Part shown: positions 1 through 10,538 of the stretch, in pieces
Layout of the letters: each line of letters starts with the position of its first letter
Position numbering within the stretch: the first letter of the stretch is position 1
Source: Geopsychrobacteraceae bacterium
Lineage (GTDB): Bacteria > Desulfobacterota > Desulfuromonadia > Desulfuromonadales > Geopsychrobacteraceae
Direction: 5' to 3'
Assembly (NCBI GenBank): GCA_963676555.2
Contig: CAXXGL010000013.1
Location: forward strand, 47,860-111,859
Length of the DNA: 64,000 nt
Program-made: the position numbers and the translations under genes
The notes under the pieces: generated by a model
The model's input: the letters and a program-made list of their open reading frames with translations, nothing else
Told to the model about the DNA's origin: nothing
The model's database searches: none

Positions 1-33
1 GATACAAAGATTCGATCGACTGATGAGGGAGAA

Positions 34-2763
34 TTGATGGGTAAGGTAAGAGTGTACGAACTCGCAAAAAAAATGGGACTCGAAAATAAAGAGTTGCTGG
101 AGAAGCTCACCGCTGCCGGGATAGAAGCGGCTTCGCATTCGAGTTCCTTGAGCGAAGAGGATGTACAGAAATTTGAAACTTTTCTCAATCCTCCTGAAGA
201 GAAAATCGAGGAAGCCAGAATCAAGCCGGGCTTGATCCGCCGGCGCAGAACCGTGGTGCGGAAACCGGTTGAAGAGCCTGAAGCGGCTCCCGCTGAAGCC
301 TCTGCGGCGGATGAAGGCGCCGAGCAACCAGCGGTGGAAAGCGTTGCTTCCGAACCGCCGGTCGAGAAACCTGCTCCGGCGGTCGAGGTTCCCAGTCCCG
401 CGCCGGAAGAGGAAGCCGCGGAAGTTCATGCCGCGGCCGAGGTGGAGACGGAGGCAAAAGCCGCCGTTGCGCCTGATCCGGTTGCTGAAGCGGCCGAAGA
501 AAGCGTTATGGAGACGCCCCAAGAGCCTGAGGCGGCAACTCCTGCGCCGCAGGAGGAGAAAAAACGCGAGAAGAAACCGGTGGTCGAAAAGGCGACCGGC
601 GACCGGGCAAAAATCCTCGGTCGGGTTGAATTACCCCGGACTCAACAGCACCAAAAAGGAACGCGGCACGAACGCGGAGCGAACGGTGACCGGGCCACCC
701 GCCCGGGCAGAAACGACAAAGCGGCGAAGCCGGCGGTCCGGGGGCGCAAACGTGTTGACGTCGCTCCCCCCGTTGCACCGATGGAACATCCGTTGCCGGA
801 AAAAGAGAGCAGAGGCGGCAAAAAGCGGAAAAAAGGCCGGCGTGGCGAAGGCGATTTCGATGAGCAGGACGGTCGCGTTTCGAGGCGCGGCAGGCGGGTT
901 GAAATCTTCGAGCCGAACCGTGCGGGGCAAAAGAAAAAGCGTGGCGGGAAACAGTCCAAGCAGTCCAAACAGACGGAAGTGACGATCAGCAAAGCGATTA
1001 AACGCATCATCCGCATCAGCGATTCGATTACGGTCGGCGAACTGGCCAAACGCATGGGTGTCAAAGCCAACGAATTGATCGCCGAGCTGATGCGCCAGGG
1101 CAGCATGGTGACCATCAACCACCCTCTGGATTACGAATCGGCGGCCATTCTCGCTGCAGAGTTCAATTACGAAGTTGAGAATGTCGCTTTTGATGAGGAA
1201 ACCATTCTCGAAGTCGAGCCGGGCAAAGAAAAAGAAGATCAGGCTGAGGACCTGGAAACCCGGCCTCCGGTCGTCACCATCATGGGGCACGTTGATCATG
1301 GTAAGACCAGCCTGCTCGACGCTATTCGGGAAGCCAATGTTACCGCCGGTGAAGCCGGAGGGATTACGCAGCATATCGGGGCCTACGACGTTGAGCTGGA
1401 AGGAAAGAAAATAACCTTCCTCGATACTCCCGGGCATGAGGCGTTTACGGCGATGCGGGCACGCGGCGCCGGCGTGACCGATATTGTCATTCTGGTGGTC
1501 GCTGCGGACGACGGCGTCATGCCGCAGACCAAAGAGGCCATTAATCACTCGAAAGCAGCCGGTGTGCCGATTATCGTCGCGATCAACAAAATCGACAAGG
1601 CTGATGCCAATCCGGATCGGGTGAAACAGGAATTGACCGAGTTTGAACTGGTCCCTGAGGATTGGGGCGGCGATACGATCTTCGTCGAGGTTTCGGCGAA
1701 ACAGCACACCAATCTGGACACCCTGCTCGAAATGATTCTGCTGCAGGCCGAAGTCATGGAACTGCAGGCGAACCCGAACAAACGGGCCAAAGGTTCGATC
1801 GTCGAAGCCAGACTCGACAAGGGGCGCGGCCCGGTAGCGACCGTCCTGGTCCAGGACGGGACCCTTAAAATCGGCGATGCCATTGTCGCCGGGCTGCATT
1901 ACGGGCGCGTGCGTTCCATGGTGAATGCCGGCGGTGAACAAGTGCAGCAGGCCGGTCCTTCATTCCCGGTGGAAGTTACGGGGCTGGGCGGAGTGCCGGA
2001 CGCAGGCGAGACCTTTCACGCGGTCGAAAACGAAAAGGCGGCCAAGGAAGTCTCCCAGCATCGTCAGTCGAAACAGCGGGAGATCGATCTGGCCAAGAGC
2101 AGCAAGGTTTCCCTGGATCAACTGTTTGCCAAGATGCAGGAGGGCGTGGTCGAGGAACTGGCCGTCATCATCAAGGCCGACGTCCAGGGTTCCGTCGAAG
2201 CGGTACGCGATGCACTGGAAAAACTTTCGACCGATTCCTGCCGGCTCAACGTCATCCATACCGGTGTCGGGGGCATTTCGGAAAGCGATGTCACCCTGGC
2301 GACGGCGTCCAATGCCATCGTTCTCGGCTTCAATGTCCGCCCCGAAGTCAAGGCCAAGGCGCTGGCGGAAGCGGAGCAGGTCGATATTCGCCTGTACAGC
2401 GTCATCTACGATGCCGTTAACGATATTCACGACGCCATGGAAGGATTGCTGGCTCCGACCCTGAAAGAAAAAGAGCTCGGGCGCGTCGAAGTGCGCGAAA
2501 CCTTCCACGTTTCGCGGGTCGGAACCATTGCCGGCTGTTACGTGCTTGACGGCAGAATCGTTCGTAATGCCCAGGTCCGCCTGGTACGCGACAATGTGGT
2601 TGTCTGGGAAGGCAAACTGAACTCGCTCAAACGGTTCAAAGATGACGTCAAGGAAGTCAACAGCGGCTATGAATGCGGTATCGGTCTGGAGAACTACAAC
2701 GATATCAAGGTCGGCGATATCATCGAAGCTTTTGAAATGGAAGAGGTCAAAACCGAACTCTAG
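34..2763 (+). CDS. infB: translation initiation factor IF-2
   Basis: 909-aa ORF with GTPase motifs [13 protein letters not shown] and NKID. The Ala/Pro/Glu-rich then Lys/Arg-rich N-terminal linker is typical of IF-2. TTG at 34 is followed by ATG at 37 with GAGGGAG upstream, so 37 is the likelier start. Confidence 0.97.
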   Translation: MMGKVRVYELAKKMGLENKELLEKLTAAGIEAASHSSSLSEEDVQKFETFLNPPEEKIEEARIKPGLIRRRRTVVRKPVEEPEAAPAEASAADEGAEQPAVESVASEPPVEKPAPAVEVPSPAPEEEAAEVHAAAEVETEAKAAVAPDPVAEAAEESVMETPQEPEAATPAPQEEKKREKKPVVEKATGDRAKILGRVELPRTQQHQKGTRHERGANGDRATRPGRNDKAAKPAVRGRKRVDVAPPVAPMEHPLPEKESRGGKKRKKGRRGEGDFDEQDGRVSRRGRRVEIFEPNRAGQKKKRGGKQSKQSKQTEVTISKAIKRIIRISDSITVGELAKRMGVKANELIAELMRQGSMVTINHPLDYESAAILAAEFNYEVENVAFDEETILEVEPGKEKEDQAEDLETRPPVVTIMGHVDHGKTSLLDAIREANVTAGEAGGITQHIGAYDVELEGKKITFLDTPGHEAFTAMRARGAGVTDIVILVVAADDGVMPQTKEAINHSKAAGVPIIVAINKIDKADANPDRVKQELTEFELVPEDWGGDTIFVEVSAKQHTNLDTLLEMILLQAEVMELQANPNKRAKGSIVEARLDKGRGPVATVLVQDGTLKIGDAIVAGLHYGRVRSMVNAGGEQVQQAGPSFPVEVTGLGGVPDAGETFHAVENEKAAKEVSQHRQSKQREIDLAKSSKVSLDQLFAKMQEGVVEELAVIIKADVQGSVEAVRDALEKLSTDSCRLNVIHTGVGGISESDVTLATASNAIVLGFNVRPEVKAKALAEAEQVDIRLYSVIYDAVNDIHDAMEGLLAPTLKEKELGRVEVRETFHVSRVGTIAGCYVLDGRIVRNAQVRLVRDNVVVWEGKLNSLKRFKDDVKEVNSGYECGIGLENYNDIKVGDIIEAFEMEEVKTEL

Positions 2764-2778
2764 GCAGGGACGAAAGCC

Positions 2779-3081
2779 ATGGTCGTTGGTGTCGCGCGGC
2801 TTGATGTCCGGCTCTTCGCGGTGCATTCCCTGAAACAGAAACGGTCCCGGATCAGGCGGTTGTTAAACCGACTGCGCACGCAATACCCCCTGTCGGTTGC
2901 CGAGGTCGGTCTGCAGGATATGCTTCAGCGCGCTTTGATCGGCGCAAGTATGTGCGCCGGGAACCGACAGCTGGTGGAATCGGTATTCAGACAGATGGAA
3001 AAAGAGCTGGAAACTGCTGTGGAAGTTCAGCTGGTGACGCTGGATTTCGAATATCTGCACTATGGAGAAGATATCGCGTGA
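2779..3081 (+). CDS. DUF503 (YlxP-like) protein
   Basis: 100-aa ORF between infB and rbfA, the conserved position of DUF503 genes. The sequence pattern (VHSLKQKRS...AEVG.QD) fits that family as I recall it. Confidence 0.7.
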   Translation: MVVGVARLDVRLFAVHSLKQKRSRIRRLLNRLRTQYPLSVAEVGLQDMLQRALIGASMCAGNRQLVESVFRQMEKELETAVEVQLVTLDFEYLHYGEDIA

Positions 3082-3443
3082 GCGAATTTCGTCCTGAAAA
3101 AGTTGCTGAGCAAATTCACAAAGAAGTGACGCAATTATTAATGTTCAGCATTAAAGATCCGCGGGTTGCCGCCGTCACCGTTACCGGGGTGAAAGTGGCG
3201 CGCGATATCGGCAGTGCCAGGATTTACTTCACGGTTGCCGATGCGGACGATCGCAAAGACGCTGAACGCGGCCTGAAAAGCGCGACGCCGTACCTCCGGC
3301 GTGAATTGGGCCGGGTCATGCAGTTGCGGTTTGTGCCGGCGTTGAGATTCCAGTATGACGAATCCATCGTCAACGGCCGTAAGATTGACGAGCTGTTACG
3401 CCAGGTTCAGGATGATTTGAATGATAAAACAGCAGATAGCTGA
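3078..3443 (+). CDS. rbfA: ribosome-binding factor A
   Basis: RbfA-like sequence (KDPRV..VTVTGVKVARDIGSARIYF). The ORF-track start at 2952 lies inside the upstream gene. GTG at 3078 overlaps the upstream stop (GTGA) and gives a normal-length protein. Confidence 0.9.
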   Translation: MSEFRPEKVAEQIHKEVTQLLMFSIKDPRVAAVTVTGVKVARDIGSARIYFTVADADDRKDAERGLKSATPYLRRELGRVMQLRFVPALRFQYDESIVNGRKIDELLRQVQDDLNDKTADS

Positions 3444-4371
3444 ACAGATCCGCACCCATCACTCCTTCCTTATTGTCGCTCATGAAAACCCCGACGGCGA
3501 TGCTGTCGGGTCCACCCTGGGCCTGGCATTGGCGTTGATGGAAATGGGCAAGGAAGTGACGGCTTACAATTCCGACGGGGTTCCGGAAACCATGCGTTTC
3601 CTGCCGCAAAGCAGGTTGATCCGGTCGCGGATTCCCGCTGCTGCGCGTTACGATGTGGTTTTTGTCCTCGATTCCGGCGACCTTGAACGCTGTGGTTTGC
3701 CGGTTCTGGATCTAAGCGACACACTGATCAATATCGATCATCACCCCCACTCCTCGTTCGGCGATCTCTGTTATCTTGACACCGAGGCCAGTGCCACGGC
3801 TGTTTTGATTTATCGCCTGCTGCAGGAATGTCGCCATCCCATCAGCCTCGCGGTAGCGAAAGCCCTTTATCTCGGGATTCTCTCCGACACCGGTTCGTTC
3901 CGCTATTCCAGCGCCAACCAGGAAGCTTTCGCCATCTCCGGCGAGTTGATCGCTCTGGGCATCGACCCCTGGGAGACGGCCAGCAACCTGTATGAAAGCT
4001 ATGCGCCGCAACGAATGCGTTTACTCGGTCTTGTTCTGCCGACGCTGGAAATATCCGCCTGCGGCCGTTATGCCAGCATGGTGATGCAGCGGGAGGACTT
4101 GCGACAAGCGGAAGCGTTGGAAGAGCATGCCGACGGCTTTGTCAACTATCCGCGCGCCGTACGCGGTGTTGAGGTCGCGGTGTTTTTCAGCCAGCGTGCC
4201 GCAGAGCAGTATAAAATCAGTTTCCGCTCACGCGGTGCCGTCGATGTCGGAAACCTGTCGCGACAGCTTGGTGGAGGAGGGCACCACAATGCCGCTGGAG
4301 CACTGATTTCGGCCCCGTTGCCACAGGTTAAAAAACTGGTTTTCCAGAAACTCGATCAGCTGCTCAGTTAA
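3421..4371 (+). CDS. DHH/DHHA1 phosphoesterase (NrnA-like oligoribonuclease/pAp phosphatase)
   Basis: 316 aa with DGDAVGS, NIDHH and GGGGH motifs. It occupies the conserved position between rbfA and truB. Confidence 0.85.
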   Translation: MIKQQIAEQIRTHHSFLIVAHENPDGDAVGSTLGLALALMEMGKEVTAYNSDGVPETMRFLPQSRLIRSRIPAAARYDVVFVLDSGDLERCGLPVLDLSDTLINIDHHPHSSFGDLCYLDTEASATAVLIYRLLQECRHPISLAVAKALYLGILSDTGSFRYSSANQEAFAISGELIALGIDPWETASNLYESYAPQRMRLLGLVLPTLEISACGRYASMVMQREDLRQAEALEEHADGFVNYPRAVRGVEVAVFFSQRAAEQYKISFRSRGAVDVGNLSRQLGGGGHHNAAGALISAPLPQVKKLVFQKLDQLLS

Positions 4372-4373
4372 CA

Positions 4374-5270
4374 GTGCACGGTCTCTTTCTTATCGATAAG
4401 CCTTCCGGCATGACGTCGCATGATGTTGTCCGCCGGGTCAGAAAGCTGGCGGGAACACGTAAAGTCGGTCACGCCGGTACTCTCGACCCTCTGGCAACCG
4501 GGGTTTTGCCGGTTGCCGTCGGACAGGGGACGAAGATTCTCCAGTTTCTCTTCAGCGATGATAAAAGCTATCGGGCCACATTACGTCTGGGAGCCGTAAC
4601 CGACACCTATGACAGTCAGGGGGCCCTGATCGAGGAAAAACCCGTGCCGGTTTTCACCCGGACCGAAATCGAGGCGGCCTGCGACCGTTTTCGCGGTGAG
4701 ATAGAGCAGCTTCCACCAATCTATTCAGCTCTCAAACAGAATGGTGTGCCGCTTTACAAACTCGCCCGCCAGGGAAAAGAAATCATCCGCCGGCCCCGCC
4801 GGGTGGTGATAGCGCGGTTGGAAATTTTGGCCCTGGATCAGGACCGGCTGACCATTGAAGTCGATTGCAGCAAAGGCACTTATATCCGCTCTCTGGCCCA
4901 TGATCTGGGGGCGGTTTTAGGCTGCGGTGCGCATTTGTGCGCTTTGCGCCGGCTGCGCAGCGGGGATTTCCTTTTAAACGAATGCCGTTCCCTGGACGAA
5001 CTGCAGCAATTGAGCGATCCCGCCGGCGCCTTGCATTCCATCAGTACGGCGTTGCGGCGCTATCCCCGACTGGAACTGACGGAACAGGCGGTCACGGAAC
5101 TCAAGTACGGAATCCCGCCGCGCGCAGTAAGCCACGGTGATCTCCGGCCGGGGACTCTGGTGTGTCTGGCCCATGCCGATGAAGTGGTTGCCATGGCCCG
5201 TTACGCACCGGACAGGGAAAAAGAAAAAAGAGCTGATTTCGAGCTTGCACGGGTCTTTGTAAGTTATTAG
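4374..5270 (+). CDS. truB: tRNA pseudouridine(55) synthase
   Basis: 298 aa with a GTG start. Has the catalytic motif GHAGTLDPLATGVL and a PUA-like C-terminus. Confidence 0.93.
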   Translation: MHGLFLIDKPSGMTSHDVVRRVRKLAGTRKVGHAGTLDPLATGVLPVAVGQGTKILQFLFSDDKSYRATLRLGAVTDTYDSQGALIEEKPVPVFTRTEIEAACDRFRGEIEQLPPIYSALKQNGVPLYKLARQGKEIIRRPRRVVIARLEILALDQDRLTIEVDCSKGTYIRSLAHDLGAVLGCGAHLCALRRLRSGDFLLNECRSLDELQQLSDPAGALHSISTALRRYPRLELTEQAVTELKYGIPPRAVSHGDLRPGTLVCLAHADEVVAMARYAPDREKEKRADFELARVFVSY

Positions 5271-5287
5271 AAAAAGACAGTTTAATC

Positions 5288-5318
5288 TTTACAGAAACAT
5301 TTGAACTGTGGTAGAAAT
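5288..5318 (+). promoter_or_regulatory. candidate sigma70 promoter of rpsO
   Basis: TTTACA (5288-5293), 18-nt spacer, TGgTAGAAAT extended -10 (TAGAAA 5312-5317), about 70 nt upstream of rpsO. Sequence match only. Confidence 0.35.
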
Positions 5319-5389
5319 CGCAGCCTACGCAAATGTCATCAGACAGCCACGCCACTGGCTTTTAGTTGAATAAACAAAAGGAGAATGAA

Positions 5390-5656
5390 GTGCTCGGCAC
5401 AGAACGCAAACAAGAAATCATCAACCAGTACAAACGTCATGAAGGGGACACCGGTTCTCCTGAGGTGCAAATCGCTCTGCTGACGGAGCGTATCACTTAT
5501 CTGACGGAACATTTCAAAACCCACAAGAAGGACCACCATTCCCGCCGGGGGCTGTTGAAAATGGTTGGCCAGCGTCGCCGTCTGCTTGATTATCTGATCA
5601 AGCAGGACATCGAACGCTACCGGGCGATCATTAAGTCTTTAGGCCTGCGTCGGTAA
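5390..5656 (+). CDS. rpsO: 30S ribosomal protein S15
   Basis: Conserved S15 sequence ([36 protein letters not shown]). GTG at 5390 follows AAAGGAGAA and gives the usual length of about 88 aa. The ORF-track start is 5366. Confidence 0.93.
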   Translation: MLGTERKQEIINQYKRHEGDTGSPEVQIALLTERITYLTEHFKTHKKDHHSRRGLLKMVGQRRRLLDYLIKQDIERYRAIIKSLGLRR

Positions 5657-5663
5657 TAAAGAG

Positions 5664-5697
5664 AGCAGCATGCGTAATAGGCATGCTGCTTTTGTCT
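5664..5697 (+). terminator. rho-independent terminator/attenuator after rpsO
   Basis: Perfect 10-bp stem AGCAGCATGC / GCATGCTGCT with a 7-nt loop, followed by TTTTGTCTTT. Confidence 0.7.
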
Positions 5698-5826
5698 TTC
5701 CATCAAGGAAGCTGCGGAGGCTGTCCGGAGAGAATTTCCGATGCCGGATCGGAGATTGTCTCAGGCCATCCTCCTGTAGCTGTTCATCAATCGGGCCCCG
5801 GAAGTCCGGGACCACACTGAAGGAGT

Positions 5827-7935
5827 ATGAAGAAAATGGCCTATCATCAGGTTGAAATCGATTTCAACGGTCAGCCTTTGACCATTGAAACCGGCAAGGT
5901 CGCCCGTCAGGCCGACGGCGCGGTTATCGTGACTTATGGGGGGACGAAAGTGCTTTGCACCGTCGTTTCCGCCAAGACTGTGCGTGAGGGGCAGGGTTTC
6001 TTTCCCCTGACCGTTAACTATGCAGAGAAATTTTATGCCAGTGGCAAAATTCCCGGCTCCTTTTTCCGCCGCGAACGCGGGGCCACTGAGCGGGAAACTC
6101 TGATCTGTCGCCTTATTGATCGGCCGATGCGGCCGCTGTTCCCCAAAGGTTACATGTTCGAGACCCAGATCATGCCGTCGGTGATTTCCGCCGACCTGGT
6201 CAATGATCCCGACACCCTGGCCATGGTGGCCGCTTCGGCTTGCGTATCCATCTCGGATATTCCCTTTGCCGGTCCCATCGCCGCCGTTCGGGTCGGCCGT
6301 GTCGACGGTGAGTTGGTTGCCAATCCGACCAACGAGCAGATCGAGCAGAGCGATGTCGAAATCGTCATTTCGGGTTCCAAAGACGCCGTCATGATGGTTG
6401 AAGGTGAAGCCCGTTTTCTTTCCGAAGACGAGATGCTCGAAGCGATTTTTTTCGGCCATCAGGCGCTCCAGCCGCTCATCAGCCTGCAGGAGGAACTGGC
6501 TGCTTTGGTCGGCAAGGAAAAACGTGAATTCGTTGTGCCCGAGGTAGATACCGTTCTGGCGGAGAAAGTCACCGAACTGGTCGAAGCGAAAGTTATCGAA
6601 GCCTTTAAAATCAAAGTCAAACAGGACCGCTATGCAGCTCTGGCCGGGATTCGCGACCAGGTTCAGTCGGAGCTGGCGGAAAGCTGCCCCGAGCGAAGCG
6701 AAGAGATATCCGCCATTTTGGGTGGCATTGAAAAGACCGTGGTGCGCCGTATGGTGACCCGGGATGGGGTCCGGATTGACGGTCGCGACAAGAAAACCAT
6801 CCGCCCGATCAGTTGCGAGATCGGCGTTTTGCCGCGTGCCCACGGCAGCGCCCTGTTTACGCGCGGCGAGACCCAGGCTCTGGTCACCGCGACCCTGGGC
6901 ACCGGGGTTGACGAGCAGCGCATGGACAATGTGCAGGGCATGGAATTCAAAAAATTCATGCTGCACTATAATTTCCCGCCTTTCTGCGTTGGCGAGACCA
7001 GCATGCGATTGTTCCCCGGACGGCGTGAAATCGGTCACGGTTTTCTGGCCGAACGCAGTGCGTCGCAGATTTTACCCAGCCATGACGACTTTCCCTACAC
7101 GATCCGGGTGGTGTCCGATATCCTCGAATCCAACGGCTCTTCATCCATGGCTTCCGTGTGCGGCGCCTCCCTGGCATTGATGGATGCCGGCGTCCCTGTC
7201 AGCGGCCCCCTTGCCGGTATCGCCATGGGCCTGATCAAGGAGGACGACAACGTCGCCGTGCTGTCCGATATCCTCGGCGATGAAGATCACCTCGGCGATA
7301 TGGATTTCAAAGTGACCGGTTCGGCCACCGGCATCACCGCCCTGCAGATGGATATCAAGATTACCGGAGTGACCAAGGAGATCATGCAACAGGCTCTGGA
7401 GCAGGCTCGCGAAGGGCGGATTCATATCCTCGGCGAAATGGCCAAAGCGATCGCCGAGCCGCGTCCCGAACTGTCCGAATACGCACCGCAGATCACCAGC
7501 ATCAAGGTCAAACCGGATCAGGTGCGGACGGTCATCGGTTCCGGGGGCAAGAATGTTCGCGGCATTATCGATGCGACCGGCTGCGCCATCGATATCGAAG
7601 ATGACGGCACCATCAAAATCGCCTCCAGCGACGGCGCCGCGGCGAAAGAGGCGATTAAGATGATTCGCAACCTGACCCAGGAGCCGGAAGTCGATAAGCT
7701 GTATATGGGCACGGTCAAGAAAATCATGGAATTCGGCGCGTTCGTCGAAATCTTTCCCGGAACGGACGGTCTGGTTCATGTCTCGGAACTGGCCAAGGAG
7801 CGGGTGCGAAATGTCAGCGACGTGCTGAAAGAAGGGGATCAGGTTCTGGTTAAATGCATCGGCATCGACCGTCAGGGTAAAATCAAATTGTCGCGCAAGG
7901 CGGCATTGGGAATGGAGTTGCCCGAAGAGGATTGA
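5827..7935 (+). CDS. pnp: polyribonucleotide nucleotidyltransferase (PNPase)
   Basis: 702 aa with two RNase PH-like domains, then KH and S1 (FGAFVEI) domains. Classic rpsO-pnp synteny. Confidence 0.97.
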   Translation: MKKMAYHQVEIDFNGQPLTIETGKVARQADGAVIVTYGGTKVLCTVVSAKTVREGQGFFPLTVNYAEKFYASGKIPGSFFRRERGATERETLICRLIDRPMRPLFPKGYMFETQIMPSVISADLVNDPDTLAMVAASACVSISDIPFAGPIAAVRVGRVDGELVANPTNEQIEQSDVEIVISGSKDAVMMVEGEARFLSEDEMLEAIFFGHQALQPLISLQEELAALVGKEKREFVVPEVDTVLAEKVTELVEAKVIEAFKIKVKQDRYAALAGIRDQVQSELAESCPERSEEISAILGGIEKTVVRRMVTRDGVRIDGRDKKTIRPISCEIGVLPRAHGSALFTRGETQALVTATLGTGVDEQRMDNVQGMEFKKFMLHYNFPPFCVGETSMRLFPGRREIGHGFLAERSASQILPSHDDFPYTIRVVSDILESNGSSSMASVCGASLALMDAGVPVSGPLAGIAMGLIKEDDNVAVLSDILGDEDHLGDMDFKVTGSATGITALQMDIKITGVTKEIMQQALEQAREGRIHILGEMAKAIAEPRPELSEYAPQITSIKVKPDQVRTVIGSGGKNVRGIIDATGCAIDIEDDGTIKIASSDGAAAKEAIKMIRNLTQEPEVDKLYMGTVKKIMEFGAFVEIFPGTDGLVHVSELAKERVRNVSDVLKEGDQVLVKCIGIDRQGKIKLSRKAALGMELPEED

Positions 7936-7961
7936 TCCGCTGCGGCAGCTTATGTTCAACC

Positions 7962-7995
7962 GGGCCGGTGAAAGAATATTTCCCGGCCCTTTTTC
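7962..7995 (+). terminator. rho-independent terminator after pnp
   Basis: Stem GGGCCGG / CCGGCCC with a 14-nt loop, followed by TTTTT. Confidence 0.55.
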
Positions 7996-8011
7996 ATAAC
8001 AAGGCCGGCTT

Positions 8012-8461
8012 ATGTTGAAACCGAAGATTGAAATTCTAAAGCTGCACCAGGACGCCAAAATTCCCCGCTACATGACCGAACTGGCCGCCGGGATGGATAT
8101 CTGCGCTTTACTGGAAAAACCCCTTGTCCTGTCGCCCGGGGAACGTTGCCTGGTGCCGACCGGCCTTGCTTTCGCCATTCCCGAGGGCTTTGAGATCCAG
8201 GTGCGACCGCGCTCCGGATTGGCGGTCAATCACGGGATCACCCTGGTCAACGCCCCCGGCACCATCGACGCCGATTACCGCGGCGAGGTCAGGATCATTC
8301 TCATCAACCTGGGACAGAAGGATTTTGTCATCCAATCGGGCGACCGCATCGCCCAGCTAATTGTCGCTCCCGTCTGTCAGGCGGCTCTGCACGAGGTTGA
8401 AAATTTGAGCGCGACAACCCGCGGCAGCGGCGGGTTCGGCCATACCGGGCACGAAGGCTGA
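8012..8461 (+). CDS. dut: dUTP diphosphatase
   Basis: 149 aa with dUTPase motifs ([27 protein letters not shown]). Confidence 0.93.
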   Translation: MLKPKIEILKLHQDAKIPRYMTELAAGMDICALLEKPLVLSPGERCLVPTGLAFAIPEGFEIQVRPRSGLAVNHGITLVNAPGTIDADYRGEVRIILINLGQKDFVIQSGDRIAQLIVAPVCQAALHEVENLSATTRGSGGFGHTGHEG

Positions 8462-8463
8462 AG

Positions 8464-8733
8464 ATGAAGGACAACGACCCTCAGGAACTGCTCGAATTCC
8501 CCTGCTGCTATGAGTTCAAGGCCGTCGGTCCGGCCGGCGACCCGTTTCGCCTGGGAATCGTTGCCGCGGTGGCCAAACATGCCGATTTTCCGGGCGACGC
8601 CGTCAGGTTCAGGCCGAGCGGGCGGGGAACCTACCAGTCGGTATCGGTTCTCGTCACCCTGTATAATTTTCAACAACTGACTGATATCTATGCGGAAATG
8701 AAAAAAACTCCCGAGCTGAAAATATTGCTTTAA
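8464..8733 (+). CDS. DUF493 (YbeD-like) protein
   Basis: 89 aa. The N-terminal FPC.YEFK.VG pattern is typical of the UPF0250/YbeD family. Confidence 0.7.
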   Translation: MKDNDPQELLEFPCCYEFKAVGPAGDPFRLGIVAAVAKHADFPGDAVRFRPSGRGTYQSVSVLVTLYNFQQLTDIYAEMKKTPELKILL

Positions 8734-8788
8734 AAGCCGCTTGCGGCTAAAATAAAGCAGTTTTTTCAGATTCAGGAGTTTTTATCCA

Positions 8789-9400
8789 ATGTTTATTTCG
8801 ATCAATTCCCAAAACCCGCAACCGCGACTGGTTCGGCAGGTGGTCGATTGCCTGCAACAGGGCGGCGTCATCATTTACCCCACCGACACGACTTACGGCA
8901 TCGGCTGCGATATTTTCAACCGTAAAGGGGTAAAAAAAATTTTTCAGATCAAGCAGCGTGACCGGCGTAAGCCTTTCTCTTTTATCTGCAGTGATCTTGC
9001 GGAAATATCGATCTATGCCCAGGTGAGCAATTTTGCCTTCAAGATCATGAAACGCCATCTGCCGGGGGCCTACACCTTTGTCCTTGAGGCGACAAAGATC
9101 GTTCCCGATTCACTCAGCACCAAACAGAAAACCGTTGGCGTCAGAATTCCGGATAATGCGATCTGCCGGGCGATCGTCGAGGAGCTCGGGCACCCTCTGG
9201 TGACCACCAGCGCCAACATTTCAGGCCAGACGACGCCTGAAGACCCGCGGGACATCAATGATCAAATGGGGCATCTGGTCGATTTCGTGATCGACGGAGG
9301 CATTTCCATCGACGAAGCCTCGACGGTGATCAGCCTGCTCGACGATCAGGTTGAAGTGTTGCGCCAGGGCGGCGGCGACACCTCGTGGATAGAGCGCTAA
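8789..9400 (+). CDS. tsaC: L-threonylcarbamoyladenylate synthase (YrdC/TsaC family)
   Basis: 203 aa YrdC-domain protein (YPTDTTYGIGC, TSANISG). Confidence 0.88.
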   Translation: MFISINSQNPQPRLVRQVVDCLQQGGVIIYPTDTTYGIGCDIFNRKGVKKIFQIKQRDRRKPFSFICSDLAEISIYAQVSNFAFKIMKRHLPGAYTFVLEATKIVPDSLSTKQKTVGVRIPDNAICRAIVEELGHPLVTTSANISGQTTPEDPRDINDQMGHLVDFVIDGGISIDEASTVISLLDDQVEVLRQGGGDTSWIER

Positions 9401-9460
9401 CCGCATTTGCCCCGCATCAAGTGGGCGGGCGTGGAGGTGCCGCTTCTTGCCGCTTCAGGT

Positions 9461-10528
9461 TTAGGTAAAGGTCAGCTTGCGTTCGAGATCCATGGAATTG
9501 GAGACCCGCTTGGCCTCTTTCATGGAGATGATGCCTTTTTTACACAGCTGGATCAGGTGCTGATCCATGGATTGCATCTGGTACTGAGCGCTGCCTTTCT
9601 CGATATGCCCTTCGATTTCATCCAGATTCCCGTCGCGAATACAGGCCTGAATGGTGGTGGTCGTCCGCATCACCTCGACAACCGGCAGAATGTTTTCCCC
9701 GCTTTTGTCTTCCACCAGCCGCAATGAAATAGTCGCCACCAGGATATCGGCCAGACGCTGACGAATGATTTCCTGGGTATCGGGCGGGAAATGCCCGATA
9801 ATCCGGTTGATGGTCGAAGTGGCGTTTTGCGTGTGCAGGGTCGAGAACACCAGATGCCCGGTTTCCGATGCCTTGATGCAGGCATCGATGGTTTCCAGAT
9901 CGCGCAACTCGCCGACCATGATGACGTCCGGATCCATGCGCAGGGAGGCTTTGAGCGCCGCACTGAAATCGGTGGTGTCGATTCCCACTTCACGCTGGAT
10001 GATGCAGCTTTTTTGTGAGGTAAAAAGAAATTCGATCGGGTCTTCGATGGTAATCATGTTGTAGGCGTATTTTTCATTCATGTAATTGAGCATCGAAGCC
10101 AGAGTCGTGGACTTGCCGTTGCCGGTCGGTCCGGTGACCAATACCAGTCCATTGGGCGCCTTGACGATTTCGGCCAGTACCGCAGGCAGTTTCAGCTCTT
10201 TGAAACCGCCGATCTCAGGGGGGATAACGCGCATGACGATGCCGATATTGCCGCGTTGCTTGAAGATGCTGACGCGAAAACGGCCGCTGTTGGACAATGA
10301 GTAGGAGGCATCGAATTCGGTAAAGTCCGGCGGCAGTTCGCGATTGTTGCCGGCCATAATCGTTTTGGCGATGAACTGGGTGTCCTGAGGCTTGAGACTG
10401 GCCAGTTTGGAGCGCAGGAGTTGTCCGTGCGCTCTGAAAAACGGCGGGTTGTCGACTTCGAAATGAACGTCGGAAACCCGCTTGGCAAAAGCGATCTCAA
10501 GGATCTGATGTAGTGTCTTGCTGTCCAT
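9461..10528 (-). CDS. pilT: type IV pilus twitching-motility ATPase PilT
   Basis: Walker A GPTGNGKST, Asp and His boxes, and a PilT-type C-terminus. ATG at 10528 (MDSKTLHQILE) is the likely start; the ORF track extends to 10567. Confidence 0.9.
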   Translation of the reverse strand: MDSKTLHQILEIAFAKRVSDVHFEVDNPPFFRAHGQLLRSKLASLKPQDTQFIAKTIMAGNNRELPPDFTEFDASYSLSNSGRFRVSIFKQRGNIGIVMRVIPPEIGGFKELKLPAVLAEIVKAPNGLVLVTGPTGNGKSTTLASMLNYMNEKYAYNMITIEDPIEFLFTSQKSCIIQREVGIDTTDFSAALKASLRMDPDVIMVGELRDLETIDACIKASETGHLVFSTLHTQNATSTINRIIGHFPPDTQEIIRQRLADILVATISLRLVEDKSGENILPVVEVMRTTTTIQACIRDGNLDEIEGHIEKGSAQYQMQSMDQHLIQLCKKGIISMKEAKRVSNSMDLERKLTFT

Positions 10529-10538
10529 GGCTTGCCCT

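Noticed and set aside
631-1941. Long antisense or alternative-frame ORFs inside conserved genes. Examples: 631-1941(-), 1960-2826(-), 5761-7038(-), 7141-8058(-), 13354-14175(-), 20524-21969(+), 31758-32801(-), 34713-35510(-), 36096-37088(-), 50183-51109(+), 55925-56812(+), 57392-58385(+) and 61727-62602(+).
   Set aside because: They overlap strongly supported housekeeping genes on the other strand or in another frame. They have Arg/Gly/Pro-heavy shadow-ORF composition and no RBS. Such ORFs are typical of GC-rich coding DNA.
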